A model generated the notes under the pieces. The model had not been told where the DNA came from. It did no database searches and saw nothing but the letters and a program-made list of their open reading frames with translations. Both the position numbers and the translations under genes were made by a program. A DNA stretch of 64,000 nucleotides from an uncultured Gemmatimonadaceae bacterium. Lineage in GTDB: Bacteria; Gemmatimonadota; Gemmatimonadetes; Gemmatimonadales; Gemmatimonadaceae. Shown one piece after another: positions 9,087-20,795 of this stretch. How positions within the stretch are numbered: position 1 is the stretch's first letter; every line of letters starts with the position of its first letter. The DNA is taken from assembly GCA_963740355.1 (NCBI GenBank), contig CAVUDW010000002.1:832001-896000 (forward strand). Reading direction: 5' to 3'.

Positions 9087-12000
9087 TCAATTACCGCGGA
9101 CGAGCCGTACTCGCTCGTGCCCCAGCAAGGCGCGCAATTCGGTCAAAGCGGCCCCATCGGCCGCCATCGTCAGCGTACGCGAACGGAAGCGCGACGGGAT
9201 ACCGAACCCGTCAATCCAGAACACTTCCAGTGGTGCCGTTCCGGGGTGGCTCTCTGCCACGGCCCTGATATCCCCCATCACGGCGGGAGACATCCCGGCA
9301 CTCGCCTGCAATTGCAACGACACGATTACCGCTCCGTTCGTCCGACGTTCGGCGAGCGGAGTGACATCGTCCACGATGAACGTCGGCTTCTCGTTGTCCT
9401 GATCTCGCCGACCATACCCACCCTTGAGCAGCACTGGAACGTCGGTCCGAATCCGGTCCGACAGCACCGACCATGCCTCCGGGAATACTAGGACCTCGGC
9501 AGAGCCTGAGAAGTCCTCGACGGTCAATCGAGCGAAATCCTTTCCTGAGTTTTTACTAACCTGGCGCTTCACGGCGGTGATCACGACGCCGAGCGCCATC
9601 TTTTCGCCGGTCCAGCCCTGCAGCTGCGCGACGGTATGGGTCGCGAAGAGCTCGCACTCGGTCCGGAACGGCTCGAGCGGGTGTCCGGAGATATAAAAGC
9701 CAAGAATCGCCTTCTCCTGCGAGAGGCGCTCAGAATCCGACCAGACGGGAGTATTGGGGAGCGTCGGGCCGTGCTTGGCCTGACCGTCCACCGTCGCGCT
9801 CGCCGGGCCGAGGTCGCCAAACAGCGATCCCTGACCGATGCTCGCCTCTTCCTGCTTGAGCCCGGCTTCGCTGATGGCGGCATCGAGCGCGGCGATCAGC
9901 TGAGCCCGGTGCCCGCCGAGGGCGTCGAGGGCGCCGCTCTGGATCAGGGCCTCGAACACGCGACGGTTGCAGAGGCGCAGGTCCACCCGCTCGCAGAACT
10001 CGAAGAGGGTCGTGAAGGGACCCGTCTTCTTGGCGTTGATGATCGAGTCGATGGCTGCCCGTCCGACGTTCCGGACCGCGCCGAGGCCGAACCGAATTCG
10101 CTTGTCGGCGATGACGGTGAACTTGAAGTTCGACTCGTTCACATCCGGCGGCAGGATCTCGATGCCCATCTCGCGGGCTTCGGCGATGTACTTGATGACA
10201 CTTTCCGTGTCGCCGATCTGCGACGACAGGAGTGCCGCCATGAACTCGGCCGGGTAGTGCGCCTTCAGGTACGCGGTGTGATACGCGACCACTGAATACG
10301 CAACCGAGTGCGACTTATTGAAGCCGTAGCGGCCGAAGGTCTCGATCTGGCCCGCGAGTTCCTTGATGATCTTCGGATCGTGCCCACGCGCCACGGCCTT
10401 CGTCTCGAACTTGCCGAGCTCCTGGCCGATCAGGACGGCGTCCTTCTTGCCCACCGCCTTTCGCAGTACGTCGGCTTCGGCCAGCGAGATGCCAGCCAGC
10501 ACCTGCGCGATGCGCATCACCTGTTCCTGGTAGGTGATGACGCCGTAGGTGGTGGAGAGAATCGCTTCCAGCTCAGGCAGCGCGTAGGAGACCGGCTCCT
10601 CGCCCTTCTTGCGCCGGATGTAGACCTTGTGCATGCCTGCGTCGAGCGGCCCCGGACGCAGGAGCGCGTTCGAGGCGACGAGGTCGTCGAAACGGTCGCA
10701 ACGCATGCTGCGCAGCACGTCGGTGGCGAGCGGTGATTCGAACTGGAACACGCCGCCGGTGCGACCCGCGCGCAACATGCGGTAGGTCGCCTCGTCGTCG
10801 AGGGCCAGCGTGTCGAGATCGATCTGCGTGCCCGAGCGCTCGAAGATGTTCTTCACCGCGTCGGTGATCACCGTCAGGGTGGTGAGACCGAGGAAGTCCA
10901 TCTTCAACATGCCAGCCTTTTCGAGGCTGTTCATGTCGTACTGCGTCACGACTACCGATTCATCGTCGCCTGATCCGGCACCCTTGGACGACTGGATGCA
11001 GATCGGGACGTAGTTGTCGAGCGGGCCGGGCGCGATGACGACGCCGGCGGCATGCACGCCGGTGTGGCGCGAAAGACCTTCCAGCGCCGAGGCATAGTCG
11101 AGGAGCTGGTGATAGCGCTCTTCGTTCTCGTATCGCGACTTCACATCTGCGACGTCGCGAATCGCCTCCTTCACCGTCAGCGAGTGGTTCGGCGCGTTCG
11201 GGATCAGCTTCGCGAGGGCGTCGGTCTCCGCAGGGGTGAAGCCGAGCACGCGACCCACGTCCTTGACTGCGGCGCGGCTCTTCATCGTTCCGAAGGTCAC
11301 GATCTGTCCGACGCTCTCCTTGCCGTACTTCTGCCGCACATACTCGATCACTTCGCCCCGTCGCTCGAAGCAGAAGTCGACGTCGACGTCCGGCATCGAG
11401 ACGCGTTCGGGATTGAGGAAGCGTTCGAAGAGCAGGTCGAACTTGAGCGGGCAGACGTTCGTGATCTTGAGGGCGTACGCCACCAGCGAGCCGGCGGCCG
11501 AGCCTCGCCCGGGACCAACCGGAATTCCGCGATCGCGTGCGGCCTTGATGAAGTCGGCCGTAATCAGGAAGTAGCCGGCATACCCGGTTCGCGTGATGAC
11601 GTCGAGCTCATAGGTCAGTCGATCGGCCACTTCCTGCGAATACGGCGTACCGTAGCGCTGGCGCGCGCCTTCCTCGGCCAGCTGGACGAGAAGGTCGTTT
11701 TCGCTGGTGACGCCTTCGGGCAGCGGAAAGGCCGGCACGAAGTACTGCTTCTTGAACTGGACGTCGGTTTCGTCCGCGATCTTGAGGGTGTTCTCGAGGA
11801 CGTCTGGCCGATCCGGGAACCGGGCGCGCATTTCGTCGGCTGACTTGAAGTACAGTCCTCCGTCGTAGTGCATCCGATTAGTATCATTCCTGTCCTTGCC
11901 GAGCCCGATGCAGAGCAGGACGTCGTGTGCGTCGTGGTCGGAGTGCCGAAGGAAATGCGCGTCGTTGGTGGCAATGACGGGCAGCCCCATCTCGGCGCCG

Positions 12001-12578
12001 AGGGTGAAGATCTGTTCGTTGAGGCGTGCCTGGCCGCCGGAATCGTGTGCCTGGACTTCGAGGTAGTAGCGATCCTTGAAGACCTCGGCGTACCAGGCGG
12101 CGGTGGCGCGGGCTTCGTCCCAGCGGTTCGCCTCGAGGTGGTGTGCGACTTCGCCAGCGAGGCAGGCGGAACTGACCACCAGCCCCTCGGAGTACTTCTC
12201 GAGGAGCTCCCGGTCGACACGAGGGCGCGTGTAGAACCCTTCGGTGTACCCGAGGGAGGACAGCTTGATGAGGTTCTGGTAGCCGACGCGGTCGCGGGCG
12301 AGTAGTACGAGATGGTAGTACGGTCGCAGTCCGGGACCCGGACGGGCCTTCAGTCGTCTGTCTCCGGTGGCGACATATGCTTCCATGCCCAGAATGGGGC
12401 GCAGGCCCGCCTTCCGTGTCTTCTCCTGAAACTCCCACGCCGCATGCATGTTGCCGTGGTCGGTGATCGCAAGAGCGGGCTGCTCGAGTTCCGCGGCGCG
12501 TCGGATGAGGTCATCAATCCGGTTGGCGCCGTCGAGGAGCGAGTACTCCGAGTGACAATGCAGGTGCACGAAAGACAT
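9087..12578 (-). CDS. dnaE: DNA polymerase III alpha subunit
   Basis: PHP domain HLHCHSEYSLLDG, GPGRGSAAGS, RVSMPDVDVDF, YGFNKSHS. Confidence 0.98.
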   Translation of the reverse strand: MSFVHLHCHSEYSLLDGANRIDDLIRRAAELEQPALAITDHGNMHAAWEFQEKTRKAGLRPILGMEAYVATGDRRLKARPGPGLRPYYHLVLLARDRVGYQNLIKLSSLGYTEGFYTRPRVDRELLEKYSEGLVVSSACLAGEVAHHLEANRWDEARATAAWYAEVFKDRYYLEVQAHDSGGQARLNEQIFTLGAEMGLPVIATNDAHFLRHSDHDAHDVLLCIGLGKDRNDTNRMHYDGGLYFKSADEMRARFPDRPDVLENTLKIADETDVQFKKQYFVPAFPLPEGVTSENDLLVQLAEEGARQRYGTPYSQEVADRLTYELDVITRTGYAGYFLITADFIKAARDRGIPVGPGRGSAAGSLVAYALKITNVCPLKFDLLFERFLNPERVSMPDVDVDFCFERRGEVIEYVRQKYGKESVGQIVTFGTMKSRAAVKDVGRVLGFTPAETDALAKLIPNAPNHSLTVKEAIRDVADVKSRYENEERYHQLLDYASALEGLSRHTGVHAAGVVIAPGPLDNYVPICIQSSKGAGSGDDESVVVTQYDMNSLEKAGMLKMDFLGLTTLTVITDAVKNIFERSGTQIDLDTLALDDEATYRMLRAGRTGGVFQFESPLATDVLRSMRCDRFDDLVASNALLRPGPLDAGMHKVYIRRKKGEEPVSYALPELEAILSTTYGVITYQEQVMRIAQVLAGISLAEADVLRKAVGKKDAVLIGQELGKFETKAVARGHDPKIIKELAGQIETFGRYGFNKSHSVAYSVVAYHTAYLKAHYPAEFMAALLSSQIGDTESVIKYIAEAREMGIEILPPDVNESNFKFTVIADKRIRFGLGAVRNVGRAAIDSIINAKKTGPFTTLFEFCERVDLRLCNRRVFEALIQSGALDALGGHRAQLIAALDAAISEAGLKQEEASIGQGSLFGDLGPASATVDGQAKHGPTLPNTPVWSDSERLSQEKAILGFYISGHPLEPFRTECELFATHTVAQLQGWTGEKMALGVVITAVKRQVSKNSGKDFARLTVEDFSGSAEVLVFPEAWSVLSDRIRTDVPVLLKGGYGRRDQDNEKPTFIVDDVTPLAERRTNGAVIVSLQLQASAGMSPAVMGDIRAVAESHPGTAPLEVFWIDGFGIPSRFRSRTLTMAADGAALTELRALLGHERVRLVRGN

Positions 12579-12653
12579 AAGACCGGTAATCTAACCGTTC
12601 ACGGCAGGTGCAGGATTCTGCCGGCCCGACCCCAGCCAGAGCGTAACTTCTTG

Positions 12654-14420
12654 ATGCCAAACACTTTGAACGTCTCGTGGGGTCGGATTTCCCGGATTGG
12701 GGTGCTTTTGTCGAGCGCGGCCCTGGTGGCATGCTCGGATGGCACGAAGCCGATCGAACCGCCACCGGTGACCAGCACGGCGACTGCCGTGACCCTCGAT
12801 GTCTTCGGCGCGCAGACGGTGGCCGGCAATGGCGGGGTGAAGTTCGTGAACCCTGGCCGCTACGCCGTGATCCCGCAGTTCGCCGCCACGACCGACTTCG
12901 CGACGCCCGCGTCGACCCGCACATCGGTGCCGGACTACGCGTTCACGATCGGCGGCGTGGCCAGCGTGACCGCCCGAGTGGCGCCGATCGACCCGAAGCC
13001 TGCCGCGAGCCTGACGGTGGCGGAAGCGTTCCACATGCACCTCCGCGATCTCGAGGCGCAGGAAGCGCCACGGGCGATCGCATACATGCAGCAGCTGAAG
13101 GCGCGCCCGCCGGTCAGCCTGCAGGTGCAGGCCGCGCAGGCCCAGGCAGCCGCAACACGTGACTTCAAGGTGCTGTCGTCGCTCACCACGAGCACTTACT
13201 CCACGGTGACGGCCCGCCTTGTCTACTCGGGCAACAACATCCTGCTCTACGTGGACAATCAGCCGGTGCAGGGGACGACGTTCACCGACACGGAATACGA
13301 GTCGTTCGGCCGTCAGTTCGACCAGGACCTGTATCCAATCGACGTGAACGCCTTCGGCTCGGTGTCGGACATCGATGCCAACGGCAAGACGTATGTGCTC
13401 TTCACGCCGCTCGTGAACCGGCTCACGCTGAATTCCGGATCGTGTGGCTCGTACGTGGCCGGCTTCTTCAATGGCGCCGACCTCTCCGGCAACACGAACG
13501 CCAATCGCGCCGAGATCTTCTACTCGTCGGTGCCGGGTGAACCAGCTGGCGGCGCGACCTGCACGCCGCTCAGTCTTGCCGTGGTGCGTCAGAGTGCGCC
13601 GGCGACGTTCATCCACGAATTGCAGCACATGATCTCGTACAACCAGCATGTGTTGACGCGGAACTCGACGACCGAGTCGGTGTGGTTGAATGAAGGCTTG
13701 AGCCACATGGCGGAAGAACTCGGCGGCAAGTTGTACGAGACGCGGTATCCCTGCCCGAACCTTCCGCCGTGCCCGCCCGCTGGCCGTGCCAGCACGGCGC
13801 AGATCTTCCCTGATTCGGCGCAGGGATTCCTGCCACCGAACTTCGGCAATGCGTACGACTTCTTCTCGTCACGCCTCGACTTCTCGCTCACGTCACCGAC
13901 GGGCTTCGGCACGATCGAGGAGCGTGGTGTGGCATGGCTCTTCCTGCGCTGGTTGGTGGACCAGAAGGGAGAAGGGAAGCTGGCGCAGCTGGTGCAGACA
14001 TCTCGATCCAGTACCGCGAACATCGAGGCGGTGATGGGCGAGACGTTCCCCGTGCTGTACGCCGACTTCCTGACCGCGACGCTGCTCGACGACTTCCCGG
14101 GCGCCACCGCTGGCCAGATTTCCTCGCGTTACCAGTACACGAGCCGCAACCTGCGCGCGATCTACGCACGATTGAACTCGATCGCGGCTTCGTCGTACCC
14201 GACCGCCTATCCGCTCGACGTCAACGATCTCGCCAGTGCCGAGCGCCTGACACCGTCGTCCGTGGTGCTGTCGCGACAGATGAAGCCAGGCTCGCTGGAT
14301 CTGTTCAGCTTCACATCGACGGCCGCCAACACCGGTCTCACGTTCAAGCCGGCGACGGGCACTTTCCTGACGACGTTGAACGCACAGGTGACGGTGGTCA
14401 GGCTGCCGACCACACCCTGA
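12654..14420 (+). CDS. Lipoprotein zinc metallopeptidase (M30-like zincin)
   Basis: ATG at 12654; lipobox LVAC; DIDANGK; HELQHM...WLNEGLSH. Confidence 0.75.
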   Translation: MPNTLNVSWGRISRIGVLLSSAALVACSDGTKPIEPPPVTSTATAVTLDVFGAQTVAGNGGVKFVNPGRYAVIPQFAATTDFATPASTRTSVPDYAFTIGGVASVTARVAPIDPKPAASLTVAEAFHMHLRDLEAQEAPRAIAYMQQLKARPPVSLQVQAAQAQAAATRDFKVLSSLTTSTYSTVTARLVYSGNNILLYVDNQPVQGTTFTDTEYESFGRQFDQDLYPIDVNAFGSVSDIDANGKTYVLFTPLVNRLTLNSGSCGSYVAGFFNGADLSGNTNANRAEIFYSSVPGEPAGGATCTPLSLAVVRQSAPATFIHELQHMISYNQHVLTRNSTTESVWLNEGLSHMAEELGGKLYETRYPCPNLPPCPPAGRASTAQIFPDSAQGFLPPNFGNAYDFFSSRLDFSLTSPTGFGTIEERGVAWLFLRWLVDQKGEGKLAQLVQTSRSSTANIEAVMGETFPVLYADFLTATLLDDFPGATAGQISSRYQYTSRNLRAIYARLNSIAASSYPTAYPLDVNDLASAERLTPSSVVLSRQMKPGSLDLFSFTSTAANTGLTFKPATGTFLTTLNAQVTVVRLPTTP

Positions 14421-14475
14421 TTGATCTTCGGGTCCCATCGATCGGCGCAGTGCCACACGACCCTTCGTTGACGCA

Positions 14476-15589
14476 ATGAATCGTCGACGGGTGTTCATGT
14501 GGCTGCGCCGATCGTTGCTTGCGTTGCTCGTGCTGACGGTCGGCGTTCCTGACGCTGGTGCCAATCGGTCGCTACCTGGCGCGCGCGGCGTACGAGGAAG
14601 GGAAGATCCTCGCTCGGCGACAGCCGATCGATGCCTTGATCGCCGATCCGACGACCGAGGCGCCACTGCGCGCCAAGCTGCAGTTGGTGCTCGATGCGCG
14701 ACGATTCGCGATCGACTCACTGGGCCTGCGTGCACAGGAGGAGTTCACGACGTTCTCGCGGCTCGACCGGGATACGCTCGTCCTGGTGCTGAGCGCCGCC
14801 TACCGGGATTCACTGGCCTTCCGCACCTGGTGGTTCCCGGTGGTTGGGAGTGTGCCGTACAAGGGCTTTTTCGATTTCGAGCAGGGGAAGCGGGAGGCAA
14901 AGGCGGTTGACGCGGCCGGCTTCGACGCCGTGTTGCGACCGGCCTCCGCGTTCAGCACGCTGGGGTGGTTCAACGATCCGCTGCTCCCGACGACGCTGGC
15001 GCTCGACACACTGGAGCTGGCGAACACGGTGATTCACGAGCTGGTGCACACGACGTACTACGCACCGGGTCAGGCGGTCTTCAATGAAAGCCTGGCGAAC
15101 TTCGTAGGTTCGCGCGGCGCCGAACGGTTCTTCCGCGCGCGTGGCCAGGTGCAGGCGGCGGATGAAGTGGTGAAGCGCTGGGATGACGAACGTGTCTTCG
15201 GTGAGTTCTGGTTGGGGCTGTATACCTCGATCGATTCGGCCTTCAAGGCGCACCCCGGCGATCGCGCCGCTCGGCTCGTGGCGCGCGACACCGTGTTCAG
15301 CCGAGCGCGCGTCCACCTGCGCACCGCGCTGGCACCACGCCTGGTGACGATGGATTCGACTGCGATCGCACGGGTCCGGCTGAACACGGCCGCGATCCTC
15401 GCGCGTCGCATCTATCTCACCGACCTCGAACTGTTCGAGCGCGTACTTCGGCAATCGAACGGTGACGTGCGGGCTGCGACGGCAAAGCTCCTTGACCTCG
15501 CGCGTCAATCACCCGACGCGCCCTATGCGTCGGTCCGGAAGTTCCTCGGCGATGCTGTCCCGGACTCCGTGCGAGGATCCGGGCGCTGA
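14476..15589 (+). CDS. Putative zinc aminopeptidase (Aminopep/DUF2265-like); apparent frameshift near 14540
   Basis: WWFPVVGSVPYKGFF, AFSTLGWFNDPLL, IHELVH...FNES. The N-terminal membrane anchor from 14476 is in a different frame from the body at 14558. Confidence 0.75.
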
Positions 15590-15625
15590 CCTTCACTGCG
15601 AATCGCAGAGTAGCTGTGTTGAAAG

Positions 15626-17150
<1,525 letters not shown>

Positions 17151-17157
17151 AAGCTGC

Positions 17158-19203
17158 TTAGCTAAACCGAGATCGAAGTGCGGCGCGGAGGTCGAGTGTC
17201 GGCGTGGGAGGCGAGGGTTCGGGCGGGGGGGCAGGAGCGGGCGGGGGAGCGATCTGGACGCGCTGCATGGTGGCGAGCACGCGATCGTCGAGGAAGCGCG
17301 ACTTCTGGTCGAGGGAGAAGTCGGCGCTCCAGCGTGAGGCGTACGCGTACAGCGGATAGCTCACATGCAGGTGTCGCTTGGCGCGGGTGAGGGCGACGTA
17401 GAAGAGGCGGCGTTCCTCCTCGATCTGGGTCGCGTCCTTGATCGCGCGGGACGATGGAATCCAGCCGTCAGCGGCCCATAACACGAACACCGCTTCCCAC
17501 TCCTTGCCCTTGGCGGAGTGGATGGTGCTGATCACCAGTGCATCATCCTCCTCGTTGTCGCGGCCCTGTGCGAGATCGGAGGTGGCGGAGGGCGGCTCCA
17601 GCGCGAGGGCGCTGAGGAAGGCTCCGCGGCTTGGATAGCCGCTGGCGATGTGCTCCAGTTGCACCAGGTCGTTGAGCCGCACCTCGGCGTCGTCGAAGCG
17701 ATGGCGCAGGATCTCGTCGTACACACCGCGAACCAGTGCGATGTCGCTTGCCGGGTCGACACCACTGCTGGCTGACAGGCGTTGCATCAACGTCGTGAGC
17801 GCCGCGTGGGTCGATGCAGCGCGCGGTGGAGGATCCCACGCCTGCAGCCCTTCCACACGCCACGACGCACCTTCGAGGGATGCGATTGCGCGGCGAGCGG
17901 AGATCTCACCGATGCCAGGCAACAGTTGGAGCAGGCGGAACCAGCTCACCTCGTCGCGCGGATTCTCCGACGCGCGCAGGAAGGCGAGCATGTCCTTGAT
18001 GTGCGCCGCCTCGAGAAACTTGATGCCACCCCATTTCTCGAACGGAATGCGCCGAGCAGCCAACTCGATCTCAAGGTCGGCGCTCATGTAGCCGGCGCGG
18101 ACCAGCACGGCGATTTGGTCGAGCCGCAAGCCATCCGACTCCACCAGCTGCAGCAGTCGATCGCAAGTGAACATCGTCTGCGCCTGCTCGTCACGCGTCG
18201 GCACCAGCCACGGCAACTCGCCGGGGCGATCATCGATGCTGCGCAGTTGCTTGCGATACCCTTCCGTCGCCTGCGCCAGCACCGCGTTGGCCGTGTCGAG
18301 GATCGGCTGCGTGCTGCGATAGTTGCGATCGAGCGTGACGATGGTGGTGCCGGGAAACTGCACCGGAAAGTCGAGAATGTTGCGCACCGTGGCGCCGCGG
18401 AAAGCGTAGATGCTCTGCGCGTCGTCGCCGACCACGGTCACGTTCTGGTGGGCGGCGCAGAGGCCACGCAGGATGCGCGACTGCAGCACGTTGGTGTCCT
18501 GGTACTCGTCGACCAGCACATGATCGTAGCGCGAGCGAATCTTCTCGCCCAGCGGCTCGGATTCGAGCATGGCGGCCCAGAAAAGCAGCAGGTCATCGTA
18601 GTCGACGAGGTTGCGGGCCACCTTTCGTTCGACATACTCGGCGAAAACGCGACCGATGTCGGCGAGGTCATCGACATACTGCGGAAAGCCATCGCGCAGC
18701 AGGTCCTCGACGGTGCGATCGGTGTTGATGTGGCGACTGTAGAGCGCGTGAAGTGTCTCCTTCTTGGGAAACCGTCGCTCGCGAGCGCCAAAGCCGAGCG
18801 CGGCTCGCGCCAGCTGCATCAGGTCCTCGGCATCGCCCTGATCGAGGATCGTGAACCCTTCGCCGATGCCAGCTTGCTGTCCGAACTGTCGCAGCGTGCT
18901 GTGCGCCGTGGCGTGGAAGGTGCCCCCCTGCACGCGGCGACCGTGCTGGCCAGTGAGCCGTTCGACGCGCGCCAGCATTTCCTCGGCCGCGCGACGCGTG
19001 AAGGTCAGCAGCAGGATGCGTTCAGCACGGACCCCGCGCTCGATCAGCGAGGCGACGCGATGGACCAGCGTGCGCGTCTTGCCCGTGCCGGCGCCCGCGA
19101 CGATCAGCAACGGTCCATCGCCGAACGCGACCGCCGCGCGTTGTTCGGCGTTCAGTCCGGCGTGCGCGGGCGACGGCGTCGTCGCGCCAGGTGCGTCGCT
19201 CAC
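17158..19203 (-). CDS. UvrD/Rep/PcrA-family ATP-dependent helicase
   Basis: AGAGTGKT, TFTRRAA, VDEYQD, VGDDAQSIY, NYRS, STIHSAKGKEW, EERRLFYVALTRA; GTGA overlap start at 19203. Confidence 0.93.
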   Translation of the reverse strand: MSDAPGATTPSPAHAGLNAEQRAAVAFGDGPLLIVAGAGTGKTRTLVHRVASLIERGVRAERILLLTFTRRAAEEMLARVERLTGQHGRRVQGGTFHATAHSTLRQFGQQAGIGEGFTILDQGDAEDLMQLARAALGFGARERRFPKKETLHALYSRHINTDRTVEDLLRDGFPQYVDDLADIGRVFAEYVERKVARNLVDYDDLLLFWAAMLESEPLGEKIRSRYDHVLVDEYQDTNVLQSRILRGLCAAHQNVTVVGDDAQSIYAFRGATVRNILDFPVQFPGTTIVTLDRNYRSTQPILDTANAVLAQATEGYRKQLRSIDDRPGELPWLVPTRDEQAQTMFTCDRLLQLVESDGLRLDQIAVLVRAGYMSADLEIELAARRIPFEKWGGIKFLEAAHIKDMLAFLRASENPRDEVSWFRLLQLLPGIGEISARRAIASLEGASWRVEGLQAWDPPPRAASTHAALTTLMQRLSASSGVDPASDIALVRGVYDEILRHRFDDAEVRLNDLVQLEHIASGYPSRGAFLSALALEPPSATSDLAQGRDNEEDDALVISTIHSAKGKEWEAVFVLWAADGWIPSSRAIKDATQIEEERRLFYVALTRAKRHLHVSYPLYAYASRWSADFSLDQKSRFLDDRVLATMQRVQIAPPPAPAPPPEPSPPTPTLDLRAALRSRFS

Positions 19204-19850
19204 TCCTTCGACTTGCTGCGAAAGGCGTTGATCATCCACTGCGACAGGTCCACTCGACTGTGCCGCTGTTCCTTCCACGGGTCACCATACATGTGATAGC
19301 CGTTCTGCTCCCAGAAGCCTGGTGCATCGGCATTCATGAATTCGAAGCCGCGCACCCACTTCGCACTCTTCCAGAGATAGAGATGCGGCACCACGAGCCG
19401 TAGTGGCCAGCCATGCTCCGGCGTGAGGTCGACGCCGTCGTGCTTCCACGCGAGGACATTCTCCGGCCGATCGAGATCAGCGAGCGGCAGGTTGGTGGTG
19501 AAATCGGGCTCGGCGAAGATCATCACATGCGTGGCTTCCGGCAGCGGCTCCGCGATGCGCAGCAGGTGCTGCACGCTGACGCCTTCGAAATCGTTGTCCA
19601 GCCGACTCCAGCGCGTGACACAGTGCATGTCGCAGCGCGTGACCTGGCGCGGAAAATCCTGAATCTCCTTCAACGTGTAGCTGTTCGGCGCGGCGCAGAG
19701 GCCGCGGAACTCGAAGCGCCACGTCTCCGGATTCACATGCGGCACATTGCCGTAGTGGAGCACGGGCCACTTGCGCGTCTGCGACTGGCCTGGCGGTATG
19801 CGTTCGCGGTCGGTGGGGCGGACGTCGAGCGTCGGCAGTTCGTCGGACAT
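19200..19850 (-). CDS. Sulfite oxidase-like molybdopterin oxidoreductase
   Basis: RIPPGQ, DMHCVTRWS, EHGWPLRLVVP, WKSAKW, GFWEQNGYH. Confidence 0.9.
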   Translation of the reverse strand: MSDELPTLDVRPTDRERIPPGQSQTRKWPVLHYGNVPHVNPETWRFEFRGLCAAPNSYTLKEIQDFPRQVTRCDMHCVTRWSRLDNDFEGVSVQHLLRIAEPLPEATHVMIFAEPDFTTNLPLADLDRPENVLAWKHDGVDLTPEHGWPLRLVVPHLYLWKSAKWVRGFEFMNADAPGFWEQNGYHMYGDPWKEQRHSRVDLSQWMINAFRSKSKE

Positions 19851-19959
19851 CATCGTCTCTGGCTCAGGGTCTGCTGGATTTTATCGTCACGGCGCATTTC
19901 TGCGTCATTCCTGGCGGTGGTCGTGGTGCCGGATTGATCAGCGGCGTCAACACTTCCTC

Positions 19960-20003
19960 ACGCGGAGCCGCGGGGGACGCGGAGCCGCGGGGAAGGGCAA
20001 CGG
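19960..20003. repeat. Short intergenic direct repeat ACGCGGAGCCGCGGGG x2 followed by GCAACGGC
   Basis: Copies at 19960-19975 and 19977-19992; resembles the CGCAGAG and GCAACGGC motifs at 16759-16808. Confidence 0.5.
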
Positions 20004-20060
20004 CATGATGGCCGTCGGCGGCACGCCGTTCAATCACACACTTGCTTTCGAGCTGCGACT

Positions 20061-20789
20061 CTAGGCGGCGGGCTCGAGAGCAGGGAGCATGGCTTCTAGC
20101 TCAGCCCGAGTCGTTTCAACTGGCGTCAGAGCGAAGATCTGGCCAAACGCGGCTGCGACGCGCTGTTGCATCTCCTCGAACGATGGGGCGGAGGCGGGCA
20201 GTTCCTGCTTGGTGCTCGTCATCACCACGTCGGCGATGCCGCAGGGGGTGAAGAGGTCGAAGTAGGAGAGATCGGTGTTGACGTTGAGCGCGAAACCGTG
20301 GCGCGTGACCCAGTCGCGCGCGTGCACGCCGATCGACGCGATCTTGCGGTCGTCGATCCAGACGCCGGTGTATTTCGCAACCCGACCGGCAATCAGGCCA
20401 ACTGTGCCGAGTGCCACGATCAGCGCCTCTTCCACCTGTCGCAGGTACCAGTGCAGGTCCTGTGTATGCTGCTTGAGGTCGATGATCGGGTAGCCGACCA
20501 GTTGACCTGGCCCATGAAACGTGGCGTCACCGCCGCGCTCGATCTCATACCGCTCGACGCCACGTGCGGCGAGCAGGCTTTCCGAGATCAACAGGTTGTC
20601 GCCCTTGGTGGAGCGCCCCAGGGTCACGACGGGCGGATGCTCCACCAGCAGCAGCACGTCGTCGGGCACGTCACCGCGGATGCGAGCCGCCGACACCGCC
20701 CGCTGGAGCTCGAGTGCCTCATTGAATGCGAGAAACCCGAGATTCACCACCAGCAGGCGGCGGGTGCTCATGCCTGCACCATCAGGCAT
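20061..20789 (-). CDS. lipB: Lipoyl(octanoyl) transferase
   Basis: EHPPVVTLG, RGGDATFHGPGQLVGYPI, KIASIG, HGFALN, PCGI. Confidence 0.95.
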   Translation of the reverse strand: MPDGAGMSTRRLLVVNLGFLAFNEALELQRAVSAARIRGDVPDDVLLLVEHPPVVTLGRSTKGDNLLISESLLAARGVERYEIERGGDATFHGPGQLVGYPIIDLKQHTQDLHWYLRQVEEALIVALGTVGLIAGRVAKYTGVWIDDRKIASIGVHARDWVTRHGFALNVNTDLSYFDLFTPCGIADVVMTSTKQELPASAPSFEEMQQRVAAAFGQIFALTPVETTRAELEAMLPALEPAA

Positions 20790-20795
20790 GACGCA

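Noticed and set aside
9087..12578. Intein in dnaE
   Set aside because: Length (1163 aa) is normal and no splice-junction motifs were seen
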